From NCBI GenBank assembly GCA_031409655.1, contig JANNXQ010000085.1, forward strand, positions 1 to 11,636: 11,636 nucleotides of DNA. Direction: 5' to 3'. Position 1 is the stretch's first letter; each line of letters starts with the position of its first letter. A model generated the notes under the pieces. That model made no database searches and was not told where the DNA came from. It saw nothing but the letters and a program-made list of their open reading frames with translations. This DNA comes from Chthoniobacteraceae bacterium. GTDB lineage: Bacteria > Verrucomicrobiota > Verrucomicrobiia > Chthoniobacterales > Chthoniobacteraceae. A program made the translations under genes and the position numbers. Below, piece after piece: positions 1 through 7,065 of this stretch.

Positions 1-1
1 C

Positions 2-223
2 GCGAATACGCCGGACATCGGCGAGGCCCACGAGTCCATCGCCGTCCCCTACAAGGGCAAGGAATTCTCCATCGCCTTCAATCCGGAATTCCTCATGGCG
101 CCGCTGCGCAACCTGACGAACGACGACGAAGTCTTCCTCGACCTCATCGACGAGATGAGCCCCGGCGTGATCAAGATCCAGAGCCCCTTTCTCTACGTCT
201 TGATGCCGATGCGCATCAGCTAA
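2..223 (+). CDS. dnaN: DNA polymerase III beta sliding clamp, C-terminal part (5' truncated by window edge)
   Basis: Frame 2 translates as ANTPDIGEAHESIAVPYKGKEFSIAFNPEFLMAPLRNLTNDDEVFLDLIDEMSPGVIKIQSPFLYVLMPMRIS*. It has the beta-clamp domain III hallmarks GEAxE, IAFNxxFL and terminal YVLMPMR. Not in the ORF track. Confidence 0.95.
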   Translation, partial: ANTPDIGEAHESIAVPYKGKEFSIAFNPEFLMAPLRNLTNDDEVFLDLIDEMSPGVIKIQSPFLYVLMPMRIS

Positions 224-255
224 AGACCCGGGCGCAGCTTTCCGGATTTCCCCGC

Positions 256-284
256 TTGCCAAGGACCGCAGGCGCACGGATGAT
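256..284 (+). promoter_or_regulatory. Putative sigma70-type promoter for tRNA-Leu
   Basis: TTGCCA (256-261), 17-nt spacer, GATGAT (279-284), then a GC-rich discriminator-like CCGCGTC. It ends 22 nt upstream of the tRNA. Confidence 0.45.
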
Positions 285-306
285 CCGCGTCCCCAAAAGG
301 GAAAAC

Positions 307-388
307 GCTCACGTGGCGGAACTGGCAGACGCGCACGGCTCAGGACCGTGTGGGGTAACCCGTGGAGGTTCGAATCCTCTCGTGAGCA
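307..388 (+). tRNA. tRNA-Leu(CAG), CCA not encoded
   Basis: Acceptor stem GCTCACG/CGTGAGC; D arm GCGGAACTGGCAGACGC; anticodon stem CACGG/CCGTG with loop CTCAGGA; long variable arm GGGGTAACCC; T arm GGAGG-TTCGAAT-CCTCT; discriminator A388 followed by CTT. Confidence 0.96.
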
Positions 389-505
389 CTTTCCTCATCT
401 CCAGGGGAGAATTCGGAGCACCGGCTTTCGCGCCGCAGTACGTTCAGGGTTGGAGGCGGCATCCCATCCGCGCCATCCGTCGCGAAGTTTAAGATCCAAA
501 TCACC

Positions 506-533
506 TACAGCCGAAGGGTGCCCCGCCCGCGAA
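506..533 (+). promoter_or_regulatory. YACR-N19-GCGAW motif, site 1 (candidate alternative-sigma promoter of the phosphatase gene)
   Basis: TACA (506-509; extended TACAGCCG), N19, GCGA (529-532) followed by ATGG. ATG542 lies 9 nt downstream. Confidence 0.6.
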
Positions 534-541
534 TGGTGGGA

Positions 542-1732
542 ATGCTTGATCAACGTGCCCCCTCTCCTTCCGCGCTCGTCGCGGATGTTCCCCGGAAAAT
601 CTTGCTCGTCGATGACGACGCGCCGGCGCGACGCCTCCTCGGAGCCGGTCTCCGCGCCGCGGGGTTCGACCTCCAGGCCGTGGCGGATGGTGCGGAGGCG
701 CTCGCGGCGATTGAAATTGCGCCGCCGGATGTGCTCGTGCTCGATCTGGAACTGCCGGAACTCGACGGTGCTGAGGTCTGCCGCCGCCTCCGGGCATCGG
801 AGCGGGTCGCCCTCAATCAACTCCCCATCATCATGCTGACCGGACACACCGGCGAGGCAGACGAGATCGCGTGTCTGACGGCAGGTGCGAATGATTTCGT
901 GACCAAGCCGGTGAGCCGCGCGGTGCTCGTCGCCCGGATCGAGACGCAACTCCGTCTCGGCGCATTGAGCGAAGAATTGCGCGCGCAGAACGGGGAGATG
1001 GCCCGCTGGCGCGAGGCGCAGGAAGCCGATCTCGCGGTCGCCCGCTCCACTCAGCAGGCGATCGTGGCCATCGCTCCACCGCAGCTCGAAGGCTGGAAGG
1101 TGGAGGCGACTTACACGCCGCTGATTCAGGTCGGCGGGGATGTGTATGGCTGGCGGCAGTTGGATCACGGGGTCTGGCTCATCTGGGTGGCCGATGCCAC
1201 GGGCCATGGCGTCGCAGCGGCCCTGCTCACGAGCCTGGTCGCCTTGCTTTTCAATCACGCCAGCGCCGCATCCCGGACGGCCCATGGGATCCTGGCGAGC
1301 GTGAATGCGGAGTTTTACAGCGTGCTCCAGGGTCACGCTTTTCTCACCGCGTGCTGTGCAGTCATCGACGTCGAAGGGCGGTTGTCCTTTGCCGGAGCTG
1401 GCCATCCGCCGCTGCTCATTCGGAGATGCACCGGTGCCGTCGAGGCCTGGCCATCGCTGAATACGATGATGGGCATCCAGCAGGAGATGGAGATGCGCGA
1501 GTCGGCAGTGACGCTCGCCCCCGGGGACGTCGCGTTGCTCTGCACCGACGGAATGTTCAGCTTGCACGCCGGCGACGGTGAGCGCTTTTCGATCGAGACG
1601 GTCACAGACGCCCTCGGCCAGATCGACGGCAGCGCGGACTTGATCACGCGGCTGATCGCACAACTCGTCCAGCGCTCCGACGCCCAGCCTTTCGATGATG
1701 ACGTGGCGGCGATCGCGCTGCACCGCCGTTAG
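542..1732 (+). CDS. Response regulator receiver + PP2C/SpoIIE phosphatase (RsbU/RsbP-like)
   Basis: REC motifs VDDD, LDLELPELDG, MLTG and KP; coiled-coil linker; PP2C motifs VGGDVY, VADATGHG, AGAGHPP, CTDG and DDD. The start could be 518, 533 or 542; 542 was chosen from the motif spacing. Confidence 0.92.
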   Translation: MLDQRAPSPSALVADVPRKILLVDDDAPARRLLGAGLRAAGFDLQAVADGAEALAAIEIAPPDVLVLDLELPELDGAEVCRRLRASERVALNQLPIIMLTGHTGEADEIACLTAGANDFVTKPVSRAVLVARIETQLRLGALSEELRAQNGEMARWREAQEADLAVARSTQQAIVAIAPPQLEGWKVEATYTPLIQVGGDVYGWRQLDHGVWLIWVADATGHGVAAALLTSLVALLFNHASAASRTAHGILASVNAEFYSVLQGHAFLTACCAVIDVEGRLSFAGAGHPPLLIRRCTGAVEAWPSLNTMMGIQQEMEMRESAVTLAPGDVALLCTDGMFSLHAGDGERFSIETVTDALGQIDGSADLITRLIAQLVQRSDAQPFDDDVAAIALHRR

Positions 1733-1740
1733 CGGAGGCG

Positions 1741-1769
1741 TTGCATTGCCCTCCGCCCGCTTCGACACT
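1741..1769 (+). promoter_or_regulatory. Possible sigma70-type promoter for the single-domain receiver
   Basis: TTGCAT, N17, GACACT in the 48-nt intergenic gap, 11 nt before ATG1781. Same architecture as the putative tRNA promoter. Confidence 0.3.
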
Positions 1770-1780
1770 CCCTTCTCCCC

Positions 1781-2188
1781 ATGCCACCAGGCTCACCATC
1801 CTCGAGCGCGCCAGAGCCCGTGCGGCTGTCGCTGCTCGTCGTCGAGGATCACGAAGCGACCGCGGTGGTCATGGCGAGGCTGCTCGGCCGGCGCGGCCAC
1901 ACCGTCGTCACCGCCCGCTCGTGCGCGGAGGCGGAGGCGGCATTTTCCGCGCAGCGATTCGATTGCCTCATCAGCGACCTGACTCTGCCCGATGGCAGCG
2001 GGCATGAATTGATGCGCAGATTGCATGGGCGAAGCGCGATCGCCGGCATCGCGGTGAGTGGCTCCGGAAACGAGGACGACGTGGAGCAGGCGCTCGCCTC
2101 CGGTTTCGCCCGACACTTCACCAAACCGATCGACATCGACCGCTTGCAGCAAGCGCTCCTCGAGCTCGCCGCCGATTCCCGGACTTAG
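1781..2188 (+). CDS. Single-domain response regulator (REC only)
   Basis: VVEDH acidic pocket, ISDLTLPDGSG phospho-Asp region, AVSG and FTKP; no output domain. Confidence 0.9.
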   Translation: MPPGSPSSSAPEPVRLSLLVVEDHEATAVVMARLLGRRGHTVVTARSCAEAEAAFSAQRFDCLISDLTLPDGSGHELMRRLHGRSAIAGIAVSGSGNEDDVEQALASGFARHFTKPIDIDRLQQALLELAADSRT

Positions 2189-2213
2189 TCCCGCCCGCGC
2201 ATTTCCTCCACCC

Positions 2214-2868
2214 ATGAACCTCGTCGATCGCAAGGGTTTCACCGGGCCACTCCTGATCCTGGTTTTGCTCGTCACCACGGCGGCGACGCTGCGATTCGCG
2301 CAGGATTTCTTTCTTCCGCTGGCGCTCGCGGGGTTGCTGAGCTTTCTGCTTTCGCCGCTCGTCCGGCGCCTGGAACGCTGGCACCTCGGGCGCGTGGGCG
2401 CGGTCCTCGTGACGGCGACGCTGGCGTTCGTCCTTATCGGCGGGCTCACCTATCTGGTCGCCAGCCAGGTGCTCGACCTCGCGGGCTCGGTGCCGAAATA
2501 CCGCAGCAATCTCATCGCGCGGGTGTCGGCGCTGAAGACGCACGAAAACAATCCGTTGAGCCGCGCGTTCCAGACGATCAGTGAAGTCACTGCCGCGCTG
2601 AATAAGCAGGAGGAAATGGGCGCGTTGCCCGCCGTCGCGGAAAAGACCCGGCCAGTGCGGGTGGAAGTGGTCCAGTCGGCCGACGGCTCGATGCACCTGC
2701 TCCTGGGAGTGCTCTGGCCGGTCATCGGCCCGCTCGCCGATACCGCGGTGGTCATCGTCATCGTGATCTTCATGCTGCTGGCTGGCGAAGACTTGCGCGA
2801 CCGGCTCATCCACCTCCTGGGCCGCGGGCGGTTGCGGGTGACGACGCAGGCGCTGGATGAAGCCGGGC
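2214..2868 (+). pseudogene. AI-2E (PerM/YhhT) family transporter, 3'-truncated
   Basis: FFLPLALAGLLSFLLSPLVRRLE...P.Y..N...IFMLL..EDLRDRLIHLLG...VTTQALDEAG is typical of the N-terminal half of this family. Similarity stops abruptly near 2868 and the frame runs on in non-homologous Arg-rich sequence to 3116. Confidence 0.85.
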
Positions 2869-3024
2869 ATGCAACTCAAGCTCGACGAACTGATCCGCGC
2901 GATCAAAGGCGCACGCAACAGTCTCATCGACCTCGAAGAGATGTCCGAAGCAGACCTGAAGAAACTCGAGGAAGAGTTCCGCAAATTGCGCGCGGAAAAA
3001 CCGGACTCTTCGACGCTGGGCTAA
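2869..3024 (+). pseudogene. C-terminal fragment of a low-affinity iron permease family (Fet4-like) protein
   Basis: In a different frame: MQLKLDELIRAIKGARNSLIDLEEMSEADLKKLEEEFRKLRAEKPDSSTLG*. QLKLDELIRA..GARN.L.DLEE is the characteristic C-terminal segment of this family. The N-terminal TM part is absent. Confidence 0.8.
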
Positions 3025-3128
3025 TCCTGCGCCGGCAATACGCAGTTGACATCACGTGGCGCACGCGTCGTCGCGGTCCTTCATCGGGCAATACACTTCT
3101 TACGCGCCGGGTTTGAGCTCAAATGAGA

Positions 3129-3155
3129 CACAGCCGCACCGCGCGCGCGAAGCGA
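3129..3155 (+). promoter_or_regulatory. YACR-N19-GCGA motif, site 2 (orphan; no intact downstream gene)
   Basis: CACA (3129-3132; extended CACAGCCG), N19, GCGA (3152-3155). It is intergenic and points at the patatin stop codon. Confidence 0.4.
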
Positions 3156-3163
3156 CGTTCCCG

Positions 3164-5415
3164 TCACCGCTGATGCTGTCCGTGACGAAAGACCGGCCCG
3201 ATCTGGAGATACACCGCGGCCTCGCCACCCTCCGCCAGCCCGACCCCGAGATGCAGCAGGCCCATGAAGGTATCCGCGCCGAGAAAAACGCTGCCGCCAT
3301 AAACGGCATCGTCCAGCTTGAAATCTCCCACGTCCGCTGCGACCTCGCCCGCTTCGAGCGAAAAACCGGCATAGATGCCGCGGCCCACCGCCGGCGAAAC
3401 GTCCGCGATTTTTCGGTAGTAGATTAGCTCGGCGAGGAGCGCGTTCTGGTCGTAGAGATCGCCGCGGGCCAGGCCGGAAAGCTGGAGGAAACCGCCAAGC
3501 TGGAACCGGTCGTAGATCGGGATGTCTCCGCCGCCCGCTTTCAAGCCCGCGAACACCCGCGGCACGACGGTGTTTTTGCCAAACGTGAGCGGCTTGTAGA
3601 ATTCGCCTTCGAGCCGCGTGTAGTTGTCGTCGGCACCGAATTCTTTGCGCGAAGCGACCACGGAGGCACGCCCGTAGTAGCCGCGCGTGGCGAAACTCGG
3701 CGCGTCGAGCATATCGACCGTGAACTCGGCGTGCGCCCAGCCGCGGTCGATGGTGCCGGGCAGATCGTCGAGCACGCCGAATCGCCGCGTGGTCTTGCTG
3801 ACCGCCCGCGCGTAGCCGAAGCGAAACTCGCCGGCCTGCCCCACCCGCACGCCGGCATCGAGGCCCGTACCGACCGTCTGGAGCCGGAACCGGATCGGCT
3901 GCCGCGCGGAGTCCGTGCCGTCGATGAACTCGCTCGCGAAGAACGCGCGGGGCGCGACGAAGAACCGCCGCGCCTTGTCCAGCGGCTGAACCCATTCCGT
4001 GAGCCCGCGGTTGGCATCGCCGACGCTCAGAAAGGTGGTCCACTCCGCGCCGAGTGAGTTGAGTTCGGCCATGCGGTAGGAGAGCAGGAAGTTGGCGTCC
4101 GTCTCGCCCGAGGAGCGATAGGCGAAATCGATCCCGAAGCCCACGGTGTTCCGCCCGGTCTTCCTTTCCCGCGTCTTGATCAGCAGCCCGTAGGCGCCCT
4201 CCTGATCGATCACCTCATAGTCGGAGACATCGAACTTTTGCATCGGCACCAGCCCGGCGATCGTGCTCTGGAGCGGAGCGAATCTGGCCGGATCTTTGGT
4301 CTCAAACTCGATCGGCTTTCCGAGTGCATGCTCGGTCTCTCCGGACGGCGTGCGCACGCGGAGGAAGGAGATCATCACTCGCTCCGGGCGCGGCACCCGC
4401 TGGCCGGCGAGGTAGCCGCGGAACCGCTCCGGCCCGGCGGAGAAGTGCGCCAGCGCGGCCCTTTTCGCCATCGCCTGCTCGTAGCCGGTCGGGATTATTT
4501 TTGCCGCCGCGGTGAAATCTGTCTGTCCCAAGTCCTCGATGCGCAGCGCGAGGTAAACGTCATCCGGCCCGAGCCGTGCGAGCTGGGTTTTCGTCTCCTT
4601 CTGGATGAAAATGTTGAGCATCTGATCGGCGATCGCGCCCGCGTCGCCCAGTTCGGATGCCTTCCTCAGCGGCGTGCTGGCGTCGATCGCGATGATGATG
4701 TCGGCGCCCATATCCTTCACGGTCTGCACCGGGAGGTTGCTCGTGAGGCTTCCGTCCACGAGCAGGCGTCCGGCGATCTTGTGCGGCGCGAAAAAGCCGG
4801 GAACCGCCATGCTGGCACGCATCGCCTCGGCGAGGTCGCCCCCGCCGAGCACCACGAGCGCGCCGGTCTCATGTCGGTGGCTACCGCGCGGAAGCGGATC
4901 GGCAGCCGGTCGAAGTCATGAATGCCGCGCGCCGGGATCGTAAGCTGCCGCAGGCTCGCCATCAGGTTGCGCCCCTGGACGAATCCGGCGGGCAACTGCG
5001 CGCCCCTCCTGAGAGACACGCTGAGTTCGAGTTTTTGGTTCAGGTCAAAGTCGCGCTGTTTGCTGCGCAACTGCTGACTCTCGCGCGGCGCGGCGTCGGA
5101 GAGCAGGAAGTTCCAGTCCGCATTGCGGAACCAATCGTCGATCTCCTCCGGCGACATGCCGCTGGCGTAGAGGCCGCCGACGACCGCGCCGATGCTGGTC
5201 CCGGCGATGCAGTCGATCGGGATGCGCAATTCCTCCAGCGCCTTCAGCACGCCGATGTGAGCCACGCCACGCGCGCCGCCGCCGCTCAGGACGAGGCCGA
5301 TCCTCGGACGCCGCGAGCCGCTCGTGTCCTCCGCGTGCAGCGCCGGAAGGGGGAGGAAAAGCGCGGCTGCGAAAAACGCTGTCACGGCTGCTGGGAACGC
5401 GCGGGCGAAAGTCAT
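3164..5415 (-). pseudogene. Patatin-like phospholipase fused to POTRA-like/Omp85 beta-barrel (PlpD-like), frameshifted near 4870
   Basis: Signal peptide MTFARAF...[12 protein letters not shown] and GTSIG lie in ORF 4717..5451. [17 protein letters not shown] and the barrel ending YLQIGPVF lie in ORF 3164..4855. Adding one base at GAC AT(N)GAG ACC GGC restores ATD(M/I)ETGALVVL. A sequencing error is possible. Confidence 0.88.
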
Positions 5416-5464
5416 GGAGACAGGGAATGAGAAAACTTTCGGATTGTGCAAGCGGGCGGATGCC

Positions 5465-5663
5465 TCACCGCAGCGGCCAGACGCGCGGGACGAGCAGGAT
5501 GGCGACGGCGAAGATGATCACCGCGAGGAGCGCGCCGACTTTCCAAAAATCCGCAAAGCGGTAGGCCCGGGGGGGCGAAGACCATCACGCAGCAAGTCTC
5601 CAACGGCGCGAGTCAGGAGGTGCTCACGGCGGCGGCGACCATCATCGCGAAGGAGCGCGGGTT
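5465..5663 (-). pseudogene. SLC13/DASS-family (TrkA-C type) permease, C-terminal remnant
   Basis: NPRSFAMMVAAAVSTS*LAPLETCCVMVFAPPG, then a frameshift near the G run 5569-5575, then [32 protein letters not shown]. In-frame TGA at 5615-5613. Matches the family C-terminus (A.S....P.......V..PG.YRF.DF.KVG). Confidence 0.78.
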
Positions 5664-5847
5664 ATTTACTCTGCTCCCTTGGTCGGAGGGATTGGCGCGG
5701 CGCGGGCACCCTCGGGGTCTGGGCGCGGATTTCCTCGCGCCCCGCTTTACCCCGTGAATCCCGAGCCTTGGGTTTTTCACGAGGGTCCGAGGGCTTCTTC
5801 TTGTTCGCGGTTACTTTCGACAGCTGGCTTGGTCTTTGTTTTTTCAT
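5662..5847 (-). CDS. Small basic, probably disordered hypothetical protein (61 aa)
   Basis: MKKQRPSQLSKVTANKKKPSDPREK...REQSK*: 20 K/R versus 6 D/E and no aromatic residues. It fills the gap co-directionally with its neighbours. Confidence 0.5.
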   Translation of the reverse strand: MKKQRPSQLSKVTANKKKPSDPREKPKARDSRGKAGREEIRAQTPRVPAPRQSLRPREQSK

Positions 5848-5888
5848 AGCTGCGATTTTCCTGCATTCGCGATCCTGAATGAAAATGG

Positions 5889-6122
5889 CTACCGGATGAC
5901 GTCCTTGATGGCGTCCCTCGTCTTCCGGGCGGCATCCTCGACGGAATCGCAAATGCGCTTTGCCGTGTCCTCCACCTTGTCGGCACCTGTCCGACGGTCG
6001 CGTGAAGCCAGTGCCGCCAACGGAGCCTTCGCTTGAGCCACGGTGAAGCGGGCCATTTCCGTCGCAAGATACGCCTGGAGATTTCCCAGCTTCACCGCAG
6101 CCTCCTTCCGCTCCTTTCCGGT
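5889..6122 (-). pseudogene. 5'-truncated paralog of the lipoprotein at 9583..10086
   Basis: 77 codons (TGKERKEAAVKLGNLQAY...DAIKDVIR*) align without gaps to the C-terminal 77 aa of the 9583 protein, 51/77 identical by hand count. No signal peptide or lipobox. Confidence 0.85.
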
Positions 6123-6145
6123 GGATACGGAGAGGAGGATTGGAG

Positions 6146-6352
6146 TTATTTGGTTTTTACCGTGGTCTTCTTCTCAACGGTGGTTGCGGGGCTTGTCACC
6201 GTGGTTGTCTCGGTCTTCTTTTCCTCCTTCGCTGCCGGAGGATTGATGATGGTAGTGATCTTTTCCACGACCGGCGGGGTGCCGGTGTTCACCCGCGCAT
6301 CGCACGCCGGGAGGAGTGCCAGGACCGCCGCGAGGAGGATTGGTGCTTACAT
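6146..6352 (-). pseudogene. Small Thr/Lys-rich lipoprotein with a nonsense codon at position 2
   Basis: M*APILLAAVLALLPACDARVNTGTPPVVEKITTIINPPAAKEEKKTETTTVTSPATTVEKKTTVKTK*. TAA at 6349-6347 is likely from AAA (MK start). Lipobox LPAC. ATG is 2 nt after the upstream stop. Not in the ORF track. Confidence 0.75.
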
Positions 6353-6354
6353 GG

Positions 6355-6534
6355 TCAGTAGGTCCGGACGGCCCGCGTTTCCGTGGTGGTGCTGCGGGCT
6401 GGCTGACGGACCGTGGTTTCTTCGGTGGTCGTGGTGCTTGTCTGCGTTTGGGGCGGAGCCTCGACGGTGGTGCAAGCGGGAAGTGCCATGAAGCCCGCGA
6501 CGATCAATGGAACGATCAGGAATTTTTTCATCAT
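6355..6534 (-). CDS. Small Thr-rich lipoprotein (59 aa)
   Basis: MMKKFLIVPLIVAGFMALPACTTVEAPPQTQTSTTTTEETTVRQPARSTTTETRAVRTY*: basic N-terminus, hydrophobic core, lipobox LPAC. Below the ORF-track length cutoff. Confidence 0.8.
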   Translation of the reverse strand: MMKKFLIVPLIVAGFMALPACTTVEAPPQTQTSTTTTEETTVRQPARSTTTETRAVRTY

Positions 6535-6549
6535 AGGTTTGTTTAATGG

Positions 6550-6948
6550 TTACTTCTTTTCGGTGGTGGTGGTCGTCGTCGTCGTCTTTTTCTCCTCGAT
6601 GACCGGAGCCGTGGGTTTCACGACGACCTTCCTCACCACGACTTTCGAGGCGACCATCTTGTCCCCCACTTTGGTGTAATAGACAGTCACTGGCAGACCT
6701 GACTTTACGGTCGTCAGGGTCACGGGTGCGCCTGCCTCATCCACATAGACGGTCTTTGTGGTGTAGGTGTAGCGAATCGGTTCCGGGGCCGCCTCCGTCT
6801 TGATGACGAGGATGTCGGGCCCAAACTCGCTGATGGTTCCGCCGGTGTTCGTCGTGGTGGTGGTCTCCACGGTCGCTTGCGCCCAGCCGGAACTGGTGAC
6901 GGCGAGCAGGAGGCCCATGATGGCTGCTATGATGCTACGTGTTCTCAT
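6550..6948 (-). CDS. Secreted hypothetical protein with a beta-rich core and poly-Thr termini (132 aa)
   Basis: Sec signal MRTRSIIAAIMGLLLAVTSSGWA; ETTTTT at the N-terminus; core GTISEFGPD..VIKT...Y.YT..T.YVD..G.PV....VKSG.PVTVYY....MVASKVVV (OB-fold-like by inference); EEKKTTTTTTTTEKK tail. Confidence 0.85.
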   Translation of the reverse strand: MRTRSIIAAIMGLLLAVTSSGWAQATVETTTTTNTGGTISEFGPDILVIKTEAAPEPIRYTYTTKTVYVDEAGAPVTLTTVKSGLPVTVYYTKVGDKMVASKVVVRKVVVKPTAPVIEEKKTTTTTTTTEKK

Positions 6949-6960
6949 AAGACCCGCTGA

Positions 6961-6988
6961 ATCGCAGCCTGGGGCCAGTGCGCGTGTA
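6961..6988 (-). promoter_or_regulatory. YACR-N19-GCGAW motif, site 3 (upstream of the Thr-rich operon)
   Basis: Minus strand TACA (6988-6985), N19, GCGA (6965-6962) followed by T. ATG6948 lies 13 nt downstream. Confidence 0.55.
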
Positions 6989-7065
6989 AAAATCGCCGGA
7001 AATATTTAGGGCAAGACTGTAGCTGCGCGTAGTCCCTAAGCGTCTTTTGGCGCAGGCCGGCAGTC

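Noticed and set aside
389..440. Rho-independent terminator after the tRNA
   Set aside because: Only short weak hairpins (TCTCC/GGAGA) and no following U-tract.
427..454. Minus-strand TCCA-N19-GCGAA as a sixth motif site
   Set aside because: The first box mismatches and it points antisense to the tRNA with no gene; cannot be distinguished from chance.
256..492. 78-aa ORF spanning the tRNA
   Set aside because: It overlaps a canonical tRNA-Leu, and its TTG start is the putative -35 box.
395..1768. 457-aa minus-strand ORF
   Set aside because: Antisense to the well-supported REC-PP2C gene; no domain signal.
2058..3116. 352-aa ORF as one intact transporter
   Set aside because: The start overlaps the receiver gene (real start 2214), and the part after about 2868 is out-of-frame readthrough of another gene fragment.
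4855..4880. Programmed ribosomal frameshift or phase variation in the patatin gene
   Set aside because: No slippery heptamer or homopolymer at the breakpoint; a simple 1-bp loss explains it.
6550..6600. GGT/CGT triplet runs as a microsatellite or CRISPR-like repeat
   Set aside because: They are mixed ACC/ACG codons encoding poly-Thr, with no spacer structure.
6992..7021. Second TACA...GCGAT upstream of the Thr-rich operon
   Set aside because: Spacing is 21 nt rather than the 19 nt conserved at all other sites.
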